From contig CAWGED010000005.1 of NCBI GenBank assembly GCA_963821525.1, positions 256,001 to 320,000 on the forward strand: a DNA stretch of 64,000 nt. Reading direction: 5' to 3'. Every line of letters starts with the position of its first letter. Position 1 is the first letter of the stretch. Both the position numbers and the translations under genes were made by a program. The notes under the pieces are model-generated. The model was not told the DNA's origin. It saw only the letters and a program-made list of their open reading frames with translations, and searched no databases. This DNA is from an uncultured Gemmatimonadales bacterium (lineage in GTDB: Bacteria; Gemmatimonadota; Gemmatimonadetes; Gemmatimonadales; GWC2-71-9). Positions 1-9,381 of this stretch are shown here, piece by piece.

Positions 1-573
1 TTGCGGCGTACGCGGCAAGCGTCATGTGCAGCGTCTGCTGAAATGCCGCGGGGTTGAGCATCGCGCGGATCGGATCGAGCTCCGTGAGCTGACCCGAGAC
101 CGCGCGTGAATCCCGTGGGGGTATTCATCCAGGCGTTCGCGATGACGACGAAGATTCCGGAGAGCACGCCGCTGAGTGCCACCAGGATTCCCGCCCCTAT
201 GTGCGCCTTGGGCGGAAATCCTTTCCCAGCCATAGAGGTAGATCCCGAGGAAGATGGCTTCCGTGAAGAAGGCGAAGCCTTCGAGGGAGAAAGGCATGCC
301 GATGATCGGGCCCGCCATCTCCATGAACCTGGGCCACAGGAGACCCAGCTCGAAGCTCAGGACGGTTCCCGAAACGGCGCCGACGGCAAACAGAATCGCC
401 GTGCCCTTCGCCCAGCGCTTGGCCAGCTCGAGGTAGACCGGATCGCGGGTTGCCCGCCAGCGCCATTCCGCCAGCACCATGAGCAGCGGCATGCCGATGC
501 CTACCACCGCGAAGATGATATGAAAGGCCAGCGAGATGGCCATCTGGGAGCGGGCGGCGAGCAGGTCGGACAT
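1..573 (-). CDS. cydA: Cytochrome bd ubiquinol oxidase subunit I (N-terminal part; runs off window; frameshift near 210)
   Basis: LAARSQMAISLAFHIIFAVVGIG, FAVGAVSGTVLSFELGLLWPRFM and PFSLEGFAFFTEAIFLGIYLYGW are hallmark CydA segments; after ~210 homology continues in another frame (IFVVIANAWMNTPTGF). Confidence 0.93.
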
Positions 574-578
574 GCCGC

Positions 579-3346
579 CTAGAACAATAGCTCTATCCCC
601 AGGCGGAAGAGGTGAGGCGGGCCGTAGAAGAAGAGCGGCTGGGTATAGTCCTTGACCGCGGCCTGGTAGAGCGGCATCAGCTCCCCGGCGCCGTCCACAT
701 AGCCGTTGTGGTCGAGGTCCGCCCAGGCACGGTAGCGCGGCGACTCATAGGGGATCGGTTCGGGGTGCATGGCGTACGCACTATCCACCAGCCCCTGAAC
801 CTCGGCGTTGGTGGGGTTCACGCCTCCTGAATTGCGGCGGACGGCCACGATGTTGCGCTTGTTGAGAATGTTGCGGCCGTCGAGGTAGACGCTCCCCCCA
901 TTTTGCCCAGCCTGAACGGCCGCCGAATCAGCATGTCCAGCGTGCTGGTGCTCGGCAGGCGATTGTCGTTGGGCAGGCCGACCAGACTGTCTCCCGCCAG
1001 ATTGGTACGCGAATAAGGCAACCCCGACCCCCAGCGGAAGATCAGCGATGCCTGGAAGTCGGCGAGCACGTGGGCGCCCAGGAGAGTCGGTCCCCAACGG
1101 GTAGGAGTCTGTCCCGTGCCGATCAGGATAAGGCCGTGCCGGCGATCGTAGTCCAGAGGGAATTCGACCTTGGCGGGGAAGGTGGTGTCCCCGGTGATAG
1201 GATCAACTCTGATTTGCTGGCGCAACAGGAACGCGGTGGTAGACGTCGCAGTAGCCTGTTGCAGAGTGTAGCTCACCCGGAGTCCCCAGTTCCGCCGGAA
1301 CTCCCGCTCCAGAATCAACTCGAGTCCCTTTACCGATCCTGCGTCGGCATTACCGAAAATGCTCGAATCGGGATCCACGCCGAAGGGAACTGAAGCGACG
1401 AGCCCGTCGAGCCGCTTGATGTAGAGATTCGCCCGGACGGAAGTGATCTGGGAGGGCCGCACCCGGAGGCTGAACTCGTATTGGGTGTTCTCCTCGAATC
1501 CGAGGTTCGGATTACCCTGACGGAACCTCCCGGTGCGTACCGTATCGTCGAAGGCGGCGTCCACCAGGTACTGATAGTCTGGTGGCTGGCGGAATACGCC
1601 GTAGCTCGCGACGAATGTCGCTCCTTTGAAGACCGTGCTCACGGCAAAGCGGGGACTCAGTCCATGCTGGGTCTCGGCAGGCTGTCCGGGCAGATCGAGC
1701 CGTCCGCTGAACTGGTCGTACCGCAGTCCTGCCGTGAAGGCCAACTCGTCTTTCCGGTACTGCGCCTCGGCGTAGAGCGCCGCGGCGTAGGGGTCAAAAC
1801 TGCTGGCTGTGGCGTCGGGAACCGAATCGCCCGCGGGGAGGTAGCCCAGCACGCGGTTGAAGGTGCGTACCTCCTGGCTGGCGTATTCACCGCCGACGTA
1901 GAAGTCTCCGGAGGTCCCGGCGCTGATGCTCAGATCGAGCCGGCTGCGCAGGTCCTTGTACTTATTCCAGGCGACATCTCCCTTCGATGAACCACCCATG
2001 TAATAGGCGGGCACTCCCCACGGAGTCTTATCGCTGGGCGCGGGAGGAGAGAATCCGATAATCTGGCGGTTCCCGGCAACGGTGTCTTGCCGGCGCGCGA
2101 TGTCCTCTCCGACGATGTCAAGCTTATCGAAGGTGAATGCGCCGACGTTGTAGTCGGGCGGATTAACACTGGTTCCGCGGAGGAATTCGCGGTCGAAATA
2201 CCCCACGCGAACGTCCCCCACGATCCCGGGCTTCTCAAGAACCTGCTGGAAGTGTCCGCTGATGAAAGTCCCGGTCAGCCGGCGAGCGGGCCCAAGATCA
2301 GGCTCGTATTTGTAGAGCGGATCATAGAGGAAGCGCTGTTCGTTGCTCTGTGCGGCCAGCAGGCGAAGGGTCCTGGTGCGGCCAAGCGGCGCGGTCACCT
2401 TCCCCGCGAGGTTGATGAGCTGGCCGCTGTTGTGGGGAAGAAGCCATGGCTCAGCGTGCCGGGGATCCCTCGAATCGGATGGCGCCGGCGCGTTGACCGG
2501 GTCGGCATCCATGCGCGCCGACAGATCCGCCGCACCTACCACGGTGACTCCACCGGCTACGGGCCCGTCGCCCGAGAGAATCGCGCGGTCGAGTCCGTAG
2601 TCCAGCCCGTCGCCGAAGGGACGGTCGGTCTCGTAGGCGGCGTGGCCGCTCCACTTCTGTCCTCCATCCCGGGTTACCACGTTCACCAGCGCCGAGATGG
2701 CCTGGCCGTAGCGCGCCGAAAAGCCGTTGGTGATGAGGGAGGTCTCGGCCAGCATGTCGAGAGGCAGTCCCAACGTGGTCGCGCTGGTCGACGCATCGAG
2801 CTGATTCTTGATTCCTAAGCCGTCCACGATGAACGCTTGCTCTCCAATCCGGCCTCCGCGATAGCTCTCGCCCACGGTTCCGGCGGACAAGGCAACCGCC
2901 TCTTCCAAGGTGGTGACCGGAATTCTGCGCAGCTCTTCCGCGGTGAAACGCTGGGCGTCGGTCACGACGAACGGATCGAGGACCGAGTCCACTCGCTGAC
3001 TGACCACTTCGATGGGTTCGAGTCCGACGGGGTCAACGGTCAGCGAAAAATCGAGCCTGGTGACCTGGCCACTTCGAATGAGCACGCTGTCGCGGCTGAC
3101 CGGCCGATGGCCGATGGAGGCGGCGCTGATCGCGTGCCAGCCGGCAGGCACCTCCCGCAAGCGATAGAACCCCTCGGCGTCGGTCACCGCGACGTAACGT
3201 CCATCGTCCACCACCAGCCGGGCGCCCTGCAGCGGAGTCTTCGTCTCCCCCGCCTCCCGCACGAACCCGGACACGCCACCTACTGCCTGAGCGCCAAGTG
3301 GCGCGGCGGCGGCCATGAATGCCGCTGCGAGAAGGAGGCGTCTCAT
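579..3346 (-). CDS. TonB-dependent outer-membrane receptor with N-terminal carboxypeptidase-regulatory-like domain (frameshift at C6 run 894-899)
   Basis: Signal peptide; TDAEGFYRLREVPAG; plug-like GFSARYGQAISALVNVVTRDG; GNPNLGFE; joined ORFs 818..3346 and 579..1097 end in the barrel signature RLGIELLF. Confidence 0.88.
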
Positions 3347-4440
3347 GGTTCCTCCAGCGCCCAGAGGTCAGCACTGGGGAGGGGGCGAGCCCCGCCGAGA
3401 TCCACGTATGACTCGACCACGAGCCTCTGTCCCGATGGGGAGAGCGCCGGATACCGGTGCAGCCGGCCCGGCATGGTGATGTCGGTTTCCAGTCCGGAGG
3501 TGAGATCAACCGAGAAAAGCCGGCCACCAAAGTCCCGGGTTATGGGTCCCAGGACTGGGTCGTTTGTGAAGGTGATGTCGCCGCCGACGATCGCGACCAG
3601 ACGGTTGCCCGAGACCTGCACATCCCGCGCGATTCCCGCCACCCCGAAGTCGTGCACTGTCTGGACGTTTGTGGTCGCCAGGTCCATGCGGTACACGGCG
3701 CTGCTGTTCGCCACGGTGTAATAGATCGCTTTGCCGTCCGGGGTCGGCTGCACCGAGGACGCGAGCGAGGTTCCCGGAATGATGCCGACCACCGGACTAC
3801 CACCGTTCAGGTCGATCCTCGCGATCTCGATTCCCGTGACCACGGTGTCGGGCGGTTCAAATGGAGCCGGAGGGACGTAGTCGATCCTGGCGGCGACGTA
3901 GATCAGTGCGTCATCGCCCAGCCAGGCCATGTGGACGGGGATGTCATGGATCTGGGTGCTGGGCGAGACAAAGGGGAATTTCTGGATGGTGTCGACGTGG
4001 ATCAGATCGTCCAGCCGGGTGACCAGGAGCTCACGATGATTGGGCGTGAGCGCGAATTGCTCGCCGACGCTGGACAGGTAGACGAGGAGCGAATCGGAAA
4101 CCACCGGGCGTTCCAGGGCATCGATCGAATCGATGCTGAACGACGCGTGGGTGCAGAGGGTGAGGGTGCGGGTGCCGCCTCCCGGAGGCAATTCCGCGAT
4201 GCAGCGATCACGCTGAGACGAATCCGTCCGCTCGTAGCTGTAGAACAACCCTGTCTCGTCCGGTTTCCAGACGGGGAAGAGATCGGTTCCCAGGTTGAGG
4301 GTCAGCTGTCGGGGGACGGCCGTGCTGAAAGGGCCTTCAGGGGTGAAGGCTCCGGTGGAGAACGGCTCGGTGTGCTCACAGCCCACAGTCAGGGCGGCCA
4401 GCAGGTACAGGACGCCCTTCGGGAGGGGGCTCCGGTTCAC
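3343..4440 (-). CDS. Lipoprotein with TolB/PD40-like beta-propeller
   Basis: Lipobox LTVGC; PVWKPDET, QPTPDGKAIYY and PALSPSGQRLVV repeats; stop overlaps the TonB receptor start. Confidence 0.75.
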   Translation of the reverse strand: MNRSPLPKGVLYLLAALTVGCEHTEPFSTGAFTPEGPFSTAVPRQLTLNLGTDLFPVWKPDETGLFYSYERTDSSQRDRCIAELPPGGGTRTLTLCTHASFSIDSIDALERPVVSDSLLVYLSSVGEQFALTPNHRELLVTRLDDLIHVDTIQKFPFVSPSTQIHDIPVHMAWLGDDALIYVAARIDYVPPAPFEPPDTVVTGIEIARIDLNGGSPVVGIIPGTSLASSVQPTPDGKAIYYTVANSSAVYRMDLATTNVQTVHDFGVAGIARDVQVSGNRLVAIVGGDITFTNDPVLGPITRDFGGRLFSVDLTSGLETDITMPGRLHRYPALSPSGQRLVVESYVDLGGARPLPSADLWALEEP

Positions 4441-4555
4441 GAGTGTTCCATGTCTTCTGGGTTGTTGCTAAGACGAACGAACGGCGTCGCGGCTACACGC
4501 GTTGGTGGGCCAAGTGTACCGCTGGTGGGGGCGGGCGGGAAGAGGAGGCGATCGA

Positions 4556-4688
4556 TGTCCGATTCCGGGACGGTCGAATCCCACAGCCGAACGGAAGCGC
4601 AACCTTCCGCGGGAACGCCGAGTCTAAGTGCTTGTCGTTTCAGCCTTGAGAAGGCGTCCCCCGAGTCACCTGAGGGCACAGAACTTCC
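4556..4688 (+). promoter_or_regulatory. Candidate sigma54 promoter of the exporter operon (UAS, IHF-like site, -24/-12)
   Basis: Dyad TGTCCG-N5-GGGACG 4556-4572; TAAGTGCTTG (CAA-N4-TTA on minus) 4625-4634; GGCAC-N5-TTCC 4675-4688 (imperfect -12); sigma54 activator encoded downstream of the operon. Confidence 0.4.
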
Positions 4689-4756
4689 CTAAGCATGGGG
4701 GCTGATCGCCGACCGCACGGCGAGTCTGGGCCTAACCCTTAAGCAGTGGGAGTGAC

Positions 4757-6001
4757 TTGGACATTCAACGCCAGCCGGTGAAGAACCGGCGCCGTTTCCT
4801 CTATCTAGCGGCCGCCATCGTCGCGGTCGTGGCCACGACCGTGGGACTCAGCCGGCTCAAGCCGGCCGCCCCCTCGGTCGAACTCGGGACCCTCTGGATG
4901 GACACTGTGCGGAAGGGACCGATGGTCCGGGAGGTCCGGGGTCCAGGGACCCTGGTTCCCGAGGAGATCCGGTGGATTTCCGCAGTCACCCCGGGACGGG
5001 TGGACCGGGTGCTGGTGCAGCCCGGGGTGATCGTGAACGAAAACACCCTGCTGCTCGAGTTGAGCAACCCCGATGTACAGATCCAGAGCCTTCAGGCGCA
5101 ACGCGAACTCACCGCCGCCGAAGCGGAACTGATCTCGCTCAAGACCAATCTCGAAGCGCAACGGCTCACCCAGGCGGGGGTCGTCGCCACGGCCAAGTCG
5201 GCCTATCGCGAGGCGCAGCGGAAGGCGAAGGCGGATTCGGATCTGGTGGCTCAGAATCTCATCTCCACCGCGGAAGCGGGCCGATCGGGCGACCAGGCGG
5301 AGGAGATGACGACCCGGATGGAGATCGAGGAGAGGCGGCTTGCAATCCTGACCGACAACATGAAGGAGCAGCTCGACGTGCAGCAGGCCCAGGTCGAGCG
5401 CCTTCGCGCGATTGCGGCGTTTCAGCGGCGCCAGGTGGAATCGATGGTGGTGCGGGCCGGTGCGACCGGCGTGCTGCAGGAACTGCCGATGCAGGTAGGG
5501 CAGTGGGCAATCTCGGGCGCGACACTCGCCAAGGTGGTCCGTCCGGAGAAACTCAAGGCCGTGCTGAGGATTCCCGAAACCCAAGCCCCGGATGTCACCG
5601 TCGGCCAGCCCGCCGCGATCGACACCCGCAATGGAATCGTGAAGGGTCACGTGGTTCGGATGGATCCCGCCTCACAAAACGGGACGGTGACCGTGGATGT
5701 GACGCTCGATGGCACGCTGCCCAAGGGCGCGCGGCCCGACCTGAGCGTGGATGGCACGATCGAGATCGAGCGGCTCAGCGATGTACTGCACGTCGGACGC
5801 CCGGCCTACGGACAGGCGAACAGCACGGTGGGGATCTTCCGCATGGTTCCGAGCACCGACGAGGCCGAACGGGTGCAGGTCGGATTGGGCCGGAGCTCGG
5901 TGAATACGATCGAGGTTCTGCGTGGGCTCAATGAAGGCGACGTGGTGATCCTGTCCGATATGTCGCGTTGGGATGCGGTTGATCGCGTGAGGGTGAAGTG
6001 A
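4757..6001 (+). CDS. Efflux periplasmic adaptor subunit (MacA/HlyD family)
   Basis: N-terminal TM segment, lipoyl half-motifs (GRVDRVLVQPG; VRAGATGVL), long coiled coil, C-terminal GLNEGDVVILSD. Confidence 0.92.
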   Translation: MDIQRQPVKNRRRFLYLAAAIVAVVATTVGLSRLKPAAPSVELGTLWMDTVRKGPMVREVRGPGTLVPEEIRWISAVTPGRVDRVLVQPGVIVNENTLLLELSNPDVQIQSLQAQRELTAAEAELISLKTNLEAQRLTQAGVVATAKSAYREAQRKAKADSDLVAQNLISTAEAGRSGDQAEEMTTRMEIEERRLAILTDNMKEQLDVQQAQVERLRAIAAFQRRQVESMVVRAGATGVLQELPMQVGQWAISGATLAKVVRPEKLKAVLRIPETQAPDVTVGQPAAIDTRNGIVKGHVVRMDPASQNGTVTVDVTLDGTLPKGARPDLSVDGTIEIERLSDVLHVGRPAYGQANSTVGIFRMVPSTDEAERVQVGLGRSSVNTIEVLRGLNEGDVVILSDMSRWDAVDRVRVK

Positions 6002-6011
6002 TGTTGACACT

Positions 6012-6082
6012 AGCCGTAAGCCGTAAGCCATAGGTTGCCAGCTTGGCCGCTCGCTTACGGCCTAAGGCTTACGGCTTAAGGC
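6012..6082. repeat. Inverted pair of heptamer arrays (AGCCGTA)x3 ... (CTTACGG)x4
   Basis: agccgtaagccgtaagccatagg (6012-6034) is complementary to cctaaggcttacggcttaaggc (6061-6082) with 2 mismatches. Confidence 0.85.
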
Positions 6083-6117
6083 AGATACTCGAACCAACCA
6101 CTCAAACTGGTACCCCA

Positions 6118-6829
6118 ATGACCACCGATGGCAGCCCGCTAATTCAGCTCGAAGGCATCAAGAAGGTCTTCTATACCGAAGAGGTAGAAACCCATGCCTT
6201 GTCCGAGATCCATCTCGAGATCCGGAGGGGCGACTACGTAGCCATCGCGGGTCCATCGGGCTGCGGGAAGACCACGCTCCTGTCGATCCTCGGCCTGCTC
6301 GACACGGCGATCGGGCGGCACCTACATGCTCGACGGCAAGTCGGTGGCGCAACTCGGGGCCTCGGAGCGAGCCCGCATTCGGAACCGGGAGATCGGGTTC
6401 ATCTTCCAGGCGTTCAACCTCATCGGCGATCTCACCGTGTATGAGAACGTCGAGCTGCCGCTCACCTACCGCGGGCTGCCCTCCGCCGAGCGGCAGAAAC
6501 GGGTCAAGGACGCGCTGGACAAGGTGGGGATGACCCACCGGGTAAAGCACTACCCCTCGCAGCTCTCGGGCGGTCAACAGCAGCGGGTCGCTGTGGCGCG
6601 CGCTGTAGCAGGCCAGCCGCTGATCCTCCTGGCGGACGAGCCGACCGGAAATCTCGACTCCAGCAACGGTGAGCAGGTGATGGAGCTGCTGCGCGATCTG
6701 CATCGCGCCGGCGCCACGATCTGCATGGTGACCCACGACCCGCGGTATGCCCGACATGCCGACCGGGCGGTGCACCTCTTCGATGGCCGGGTGGTGGAGG
6801 ACACGACCCCGGAACTCGCCCCGGTATAG
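6118..6829 (+). CDS. ABC transporter ATP-binding protein (LolD/MacB type; frameshift ~6310-6325)
   Basis: Walker A GPSGCGKT in one frame; [25 protein letters not shown] and VTHD in the next. Confidence 0.93.
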
Positions 6830-6842
6830 CACCAATACGATG

Positions 6843-6866
6843 ACTCAGTCCCCAGTCCTCAGTCCT
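6843..6866 (+). repeat. Heptamer array (CTCAGTC)x3, single arm before permease 1
   Basis: actcagtccccagtcctcagtcct. Confidence 0.8.
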
Positions 6867-6896
6867 CGCCGCTAAGCAACTGAACGGGAGGCCGAC

Positions 6897-9329
6897 GTGA
6901 ATACGCTGTTGCAGAATCTGCGCTACGCCGGGCGCCAGCTCCGCAAGAGTCCGGGTTTCACGACCACCGCGGTGCTGACCCTGGCTCTCGGCATCGGAGC
7001 CAACAGCGCGATCTTTTCGGTGATCAACGCTACCCTGCTGCGCCCCTTGCCTTACGCCGATCCGTCGCGCCTCGTCACTGTCGAACACCACTACCCGGGG
7101 CTCAACGACCTCCTTGCTCCGGTGTCGGTCCCCGGGTTCCTGGCCTACGAGCAGAAGAAGCAGGTCTTCCAGCACGCGGCGGTCGAGACCGGCTGGGCTC
7201 CTACGCTCACCGGTCGGGGAGACCCGCAGCGAGTGGTCGCCAGCCTCATCACAGGAGATTACTTCACCACCCTCGGAGTGAGTGCCGAGCTTGGCCGCAC
7301 ACTCACTCCCGAGGAGAACGAGGCGGGGCACGACAAGGTCGTCGTGCTTAGCCATCCGTTCTGGGAGCGGGTGATGGGTGGAGAGCGCTCCGCGCTTGGT
7401 CAGCACGTGATTCTAGACGGGGAGAGTTACGAAGTCGTGGGTGTGATGCCCGCGAGCTTCCGTGGCTGGATCCGGAATGCCGAGTTGTGGACCCCGATTG
7501 TCTTTACTCCGGCGCAGAAGGATCCCAACCGGTTCACCAATGAGTTCCTGAATTTCATCGGTCGCCTGGCGCCGGGCACCACGTTCGAGCAGGCCAAGGC
7601 CGATATCGCTGCCTACGGCGTGAGCCTCCGGACCGACAATCCCGACCGGTTCGCGCCGGATTGGGGGCTGGTCATGACCACGCTGGATGAAAAGGCCGAC
7701 GGCCCGATTCGCGCCGCGCTCTACGTGCTGCTCGCGGCGGTCGGCTTCGTGCTGCTCATCGCGTGCGCCAACGTGGCCAATCTGCAGCTGGCGAGAGCGG
7801 CGAGCCGCACTCGGGAGATCGCGGTCCGGGTGGCCCTCGGCGCTTCGCCGGGCAAGCTGGTCGGCCAGCTGCTCACCGAAAGCGTACTGCTCGCCGTGAT
7901 CGGCGGTGGTCTGGGACTCCTCCTCGCGGTGTGGGTCGTTCCCGCGCTGTTGGCTCTCAACCCAGGCAACCTGCCTCCCACCGACGAGATCAAGGTCAAC
8001 GGCACGGTATTGCTCTACACCCTGGGGATCTCGGTCTTCACCGGCCTCCTCTTCGGCATCATGCCGGCGCTGCAGCTGGCCCGGACCGACCTGCACGACA
8101 CCCTCAAGGAAGGCGGACGCGGCAGCTCTGGTGACCGGCGCGGTCTAGCGATTCGGCGGGGCCTCGTCGTCGCGACGGTGGCCCTGGCGCTCACGCTGCT
8201 CGCCGGCGCCGGGCTGCTGGTCAAGAGCTTCGCCCGTCTGGTCGGCGTGGATCCCGGTTTCAAGCCCGACCATCTCCTCACCTTCAACATTTCCCTGCCG
8301 CAACTGCGCTACAACAACGACACGCTGCAGATCGCGGCCTTCGAGCGGATCACCAGTGCGCTGGAAGCGGTTCCCGGTGCGGCGAAGGTCGGGGCCACCT
8401 CGACGCTTCCCTTCAGCGGGCAGTGGTCAACCGGAAGCTTTAGCATCGAGGGTTATCAGGTGCCCAAGGGAGCACCCAGTCCCTGGGGAGACCAGCGCGT
8501 TGTCACCCCGAATTTCCTGTCGACTCTTGGAGCGCCGGTTCTCAAGGGACGTCTTTTCGGGCCGGAGGACAGGGCCGGCACACCCCGGGTCGTGATCGTG
8601 GACCAGGAGATGGTCAATCGGTATTGGCCCAAGGATGATCCGATAGGAAAACGGATCACGTTCAATCAGCTCACCGACTCGACGATCGATTGGCTTACGG
8701 TGGTGGGTGTGGTCGGCCATACCAGTCACGAGGGTTTGGACGCCCAACGCCGAGTGCAGATGTACTTCCCGCTCGAGCAGGTAGCGGTCAACTCGATGAG
8801 TTTCATCATCCGGACTCCGGGCGATCCCAACGCCCTGCTGCCCAGCGTGAAGGCAGCCGTTCGGGCGATCGACGCCGATTTGCCCTTCTCGAGAGTCACG
8901 ACGATGGAGGCATTGGTCGAACAGTCCACCGGTCCACGGCGCTTCTCCATGCTGCTGCTCGGTCTGTTCTCGCTGCTGGCGGTGGGACTCGCCTCGATCG
9001 GTCTCTACGGCGTCATGTCCTACAACGTGACCCAGCGTTCGCGCGAGCTTGGAGTACGACTCGCGCTGGGAGCCGCAACCCGGGATCTCCTCGGACTGGT
9101 ACTGCGGCAGGGAATGCGCCTGGTGCTCATAGGCGTGGCAGTCGGACTGGTCGCCGCTCTGGCCGCGACGAGACTGCTCCGCAGCATGCTCTTCAATGTG
9201 AGCAGTACCGACCCCGTCACTTTCATCCTCATCGCGCTGCTCCTGCTCGGCGTTTCGCTGCTGGCGATATGGATTCCCGCCCGCCGCGCGACGAAAGTTG
9301 ACCCGATTATCGCGCTGCGCGCGGAATGA
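6897..9329 (+). CDS. ABC permease 1, duplicated MacB_PCD/FtsX (ADOP family)
   Basis: [62 protein letters not shown]; 810 aa. Confidence 0.95.
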   Translation: MNTLLQNLRYAGRQLRKSPGFTTTAVLTLALGIGANSAIFSVINATLLRPLPYADPSRLVTVEHHYPGLNDLLAPVSVPGFLAYEQKKQVFQHAAVETGWAPTLTGRGDPQRVVASLITGDYFTTLGVSAELGRTLTPEENEAGHDKVVVLSHPFWERVMGGERSALGQHVILDGESYEVVGVMPASFRGWIRNAELWTPIVFTPAQKDPNRFTNEFLNFIGRLAPGTTFEQAKADIAAYGVSLRTDNPDRFAPDWGLVMTTLDEKADGPIRAALYVLLAAVGFVLLIACANVANLQLARAASRTREIAVRVALGASPGKLVGQLLTESVLLAVIGGGLGLLLAVWVVPALLALNPGNLPPTDEIKVNGTVLLYTLGISVFTGLLFGIMPALQLARTDLHDTLKEGGRGSSGDRRGLAIRRGLVVATVALALTLLAGAGLLVKSFARLVGVDPGFKPDHLLTFNISLPQLRYNNDTLQIAAFERITSALEAVPGAAKVGATSTLPFSGQWSTGSFSIEGYQVPKGAPSPWGDQRVVTPNFLSTLGAPVLKGRLFGPEDRAGTPRVVIVDQEMVNRYWPKDDPIGKRITFNQLTDSTIDWLTVVGVVGHTSHEGLDAQRRVQMYFPLEQVAVNSMSFIIRTPGDPNALLPSVKAAVRAIDADLPFSRVTTMEALVEQSTGPRRFSMLLLGLFSLLAVGLASIGLYGVMSYNVTQRSRELGVRLALGAATRDLLGLVLRQGMRLVLIGVAVGLVAALAATRLLRSMLFNVSSTDPVTFILIALLLLGVSLLAIWIPARRATKVDPIIALRAE

Positions 9330-9341
9330 GAGAAGTGCAAA

Positions 9342-9358
9342 AGGACTGAGGACTGAGT
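9342..9358 (+). repeat. Heptamer array (AGGACTG)x2+, single arm after permease 1
   Basis: aggactgaggactgagt; reverse complement matches 6843-6859 at 16/17. Confidence 0.75.
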
Positions 9359-9381
9359 GGGCCATCGAGTAGGAGCCGCGT

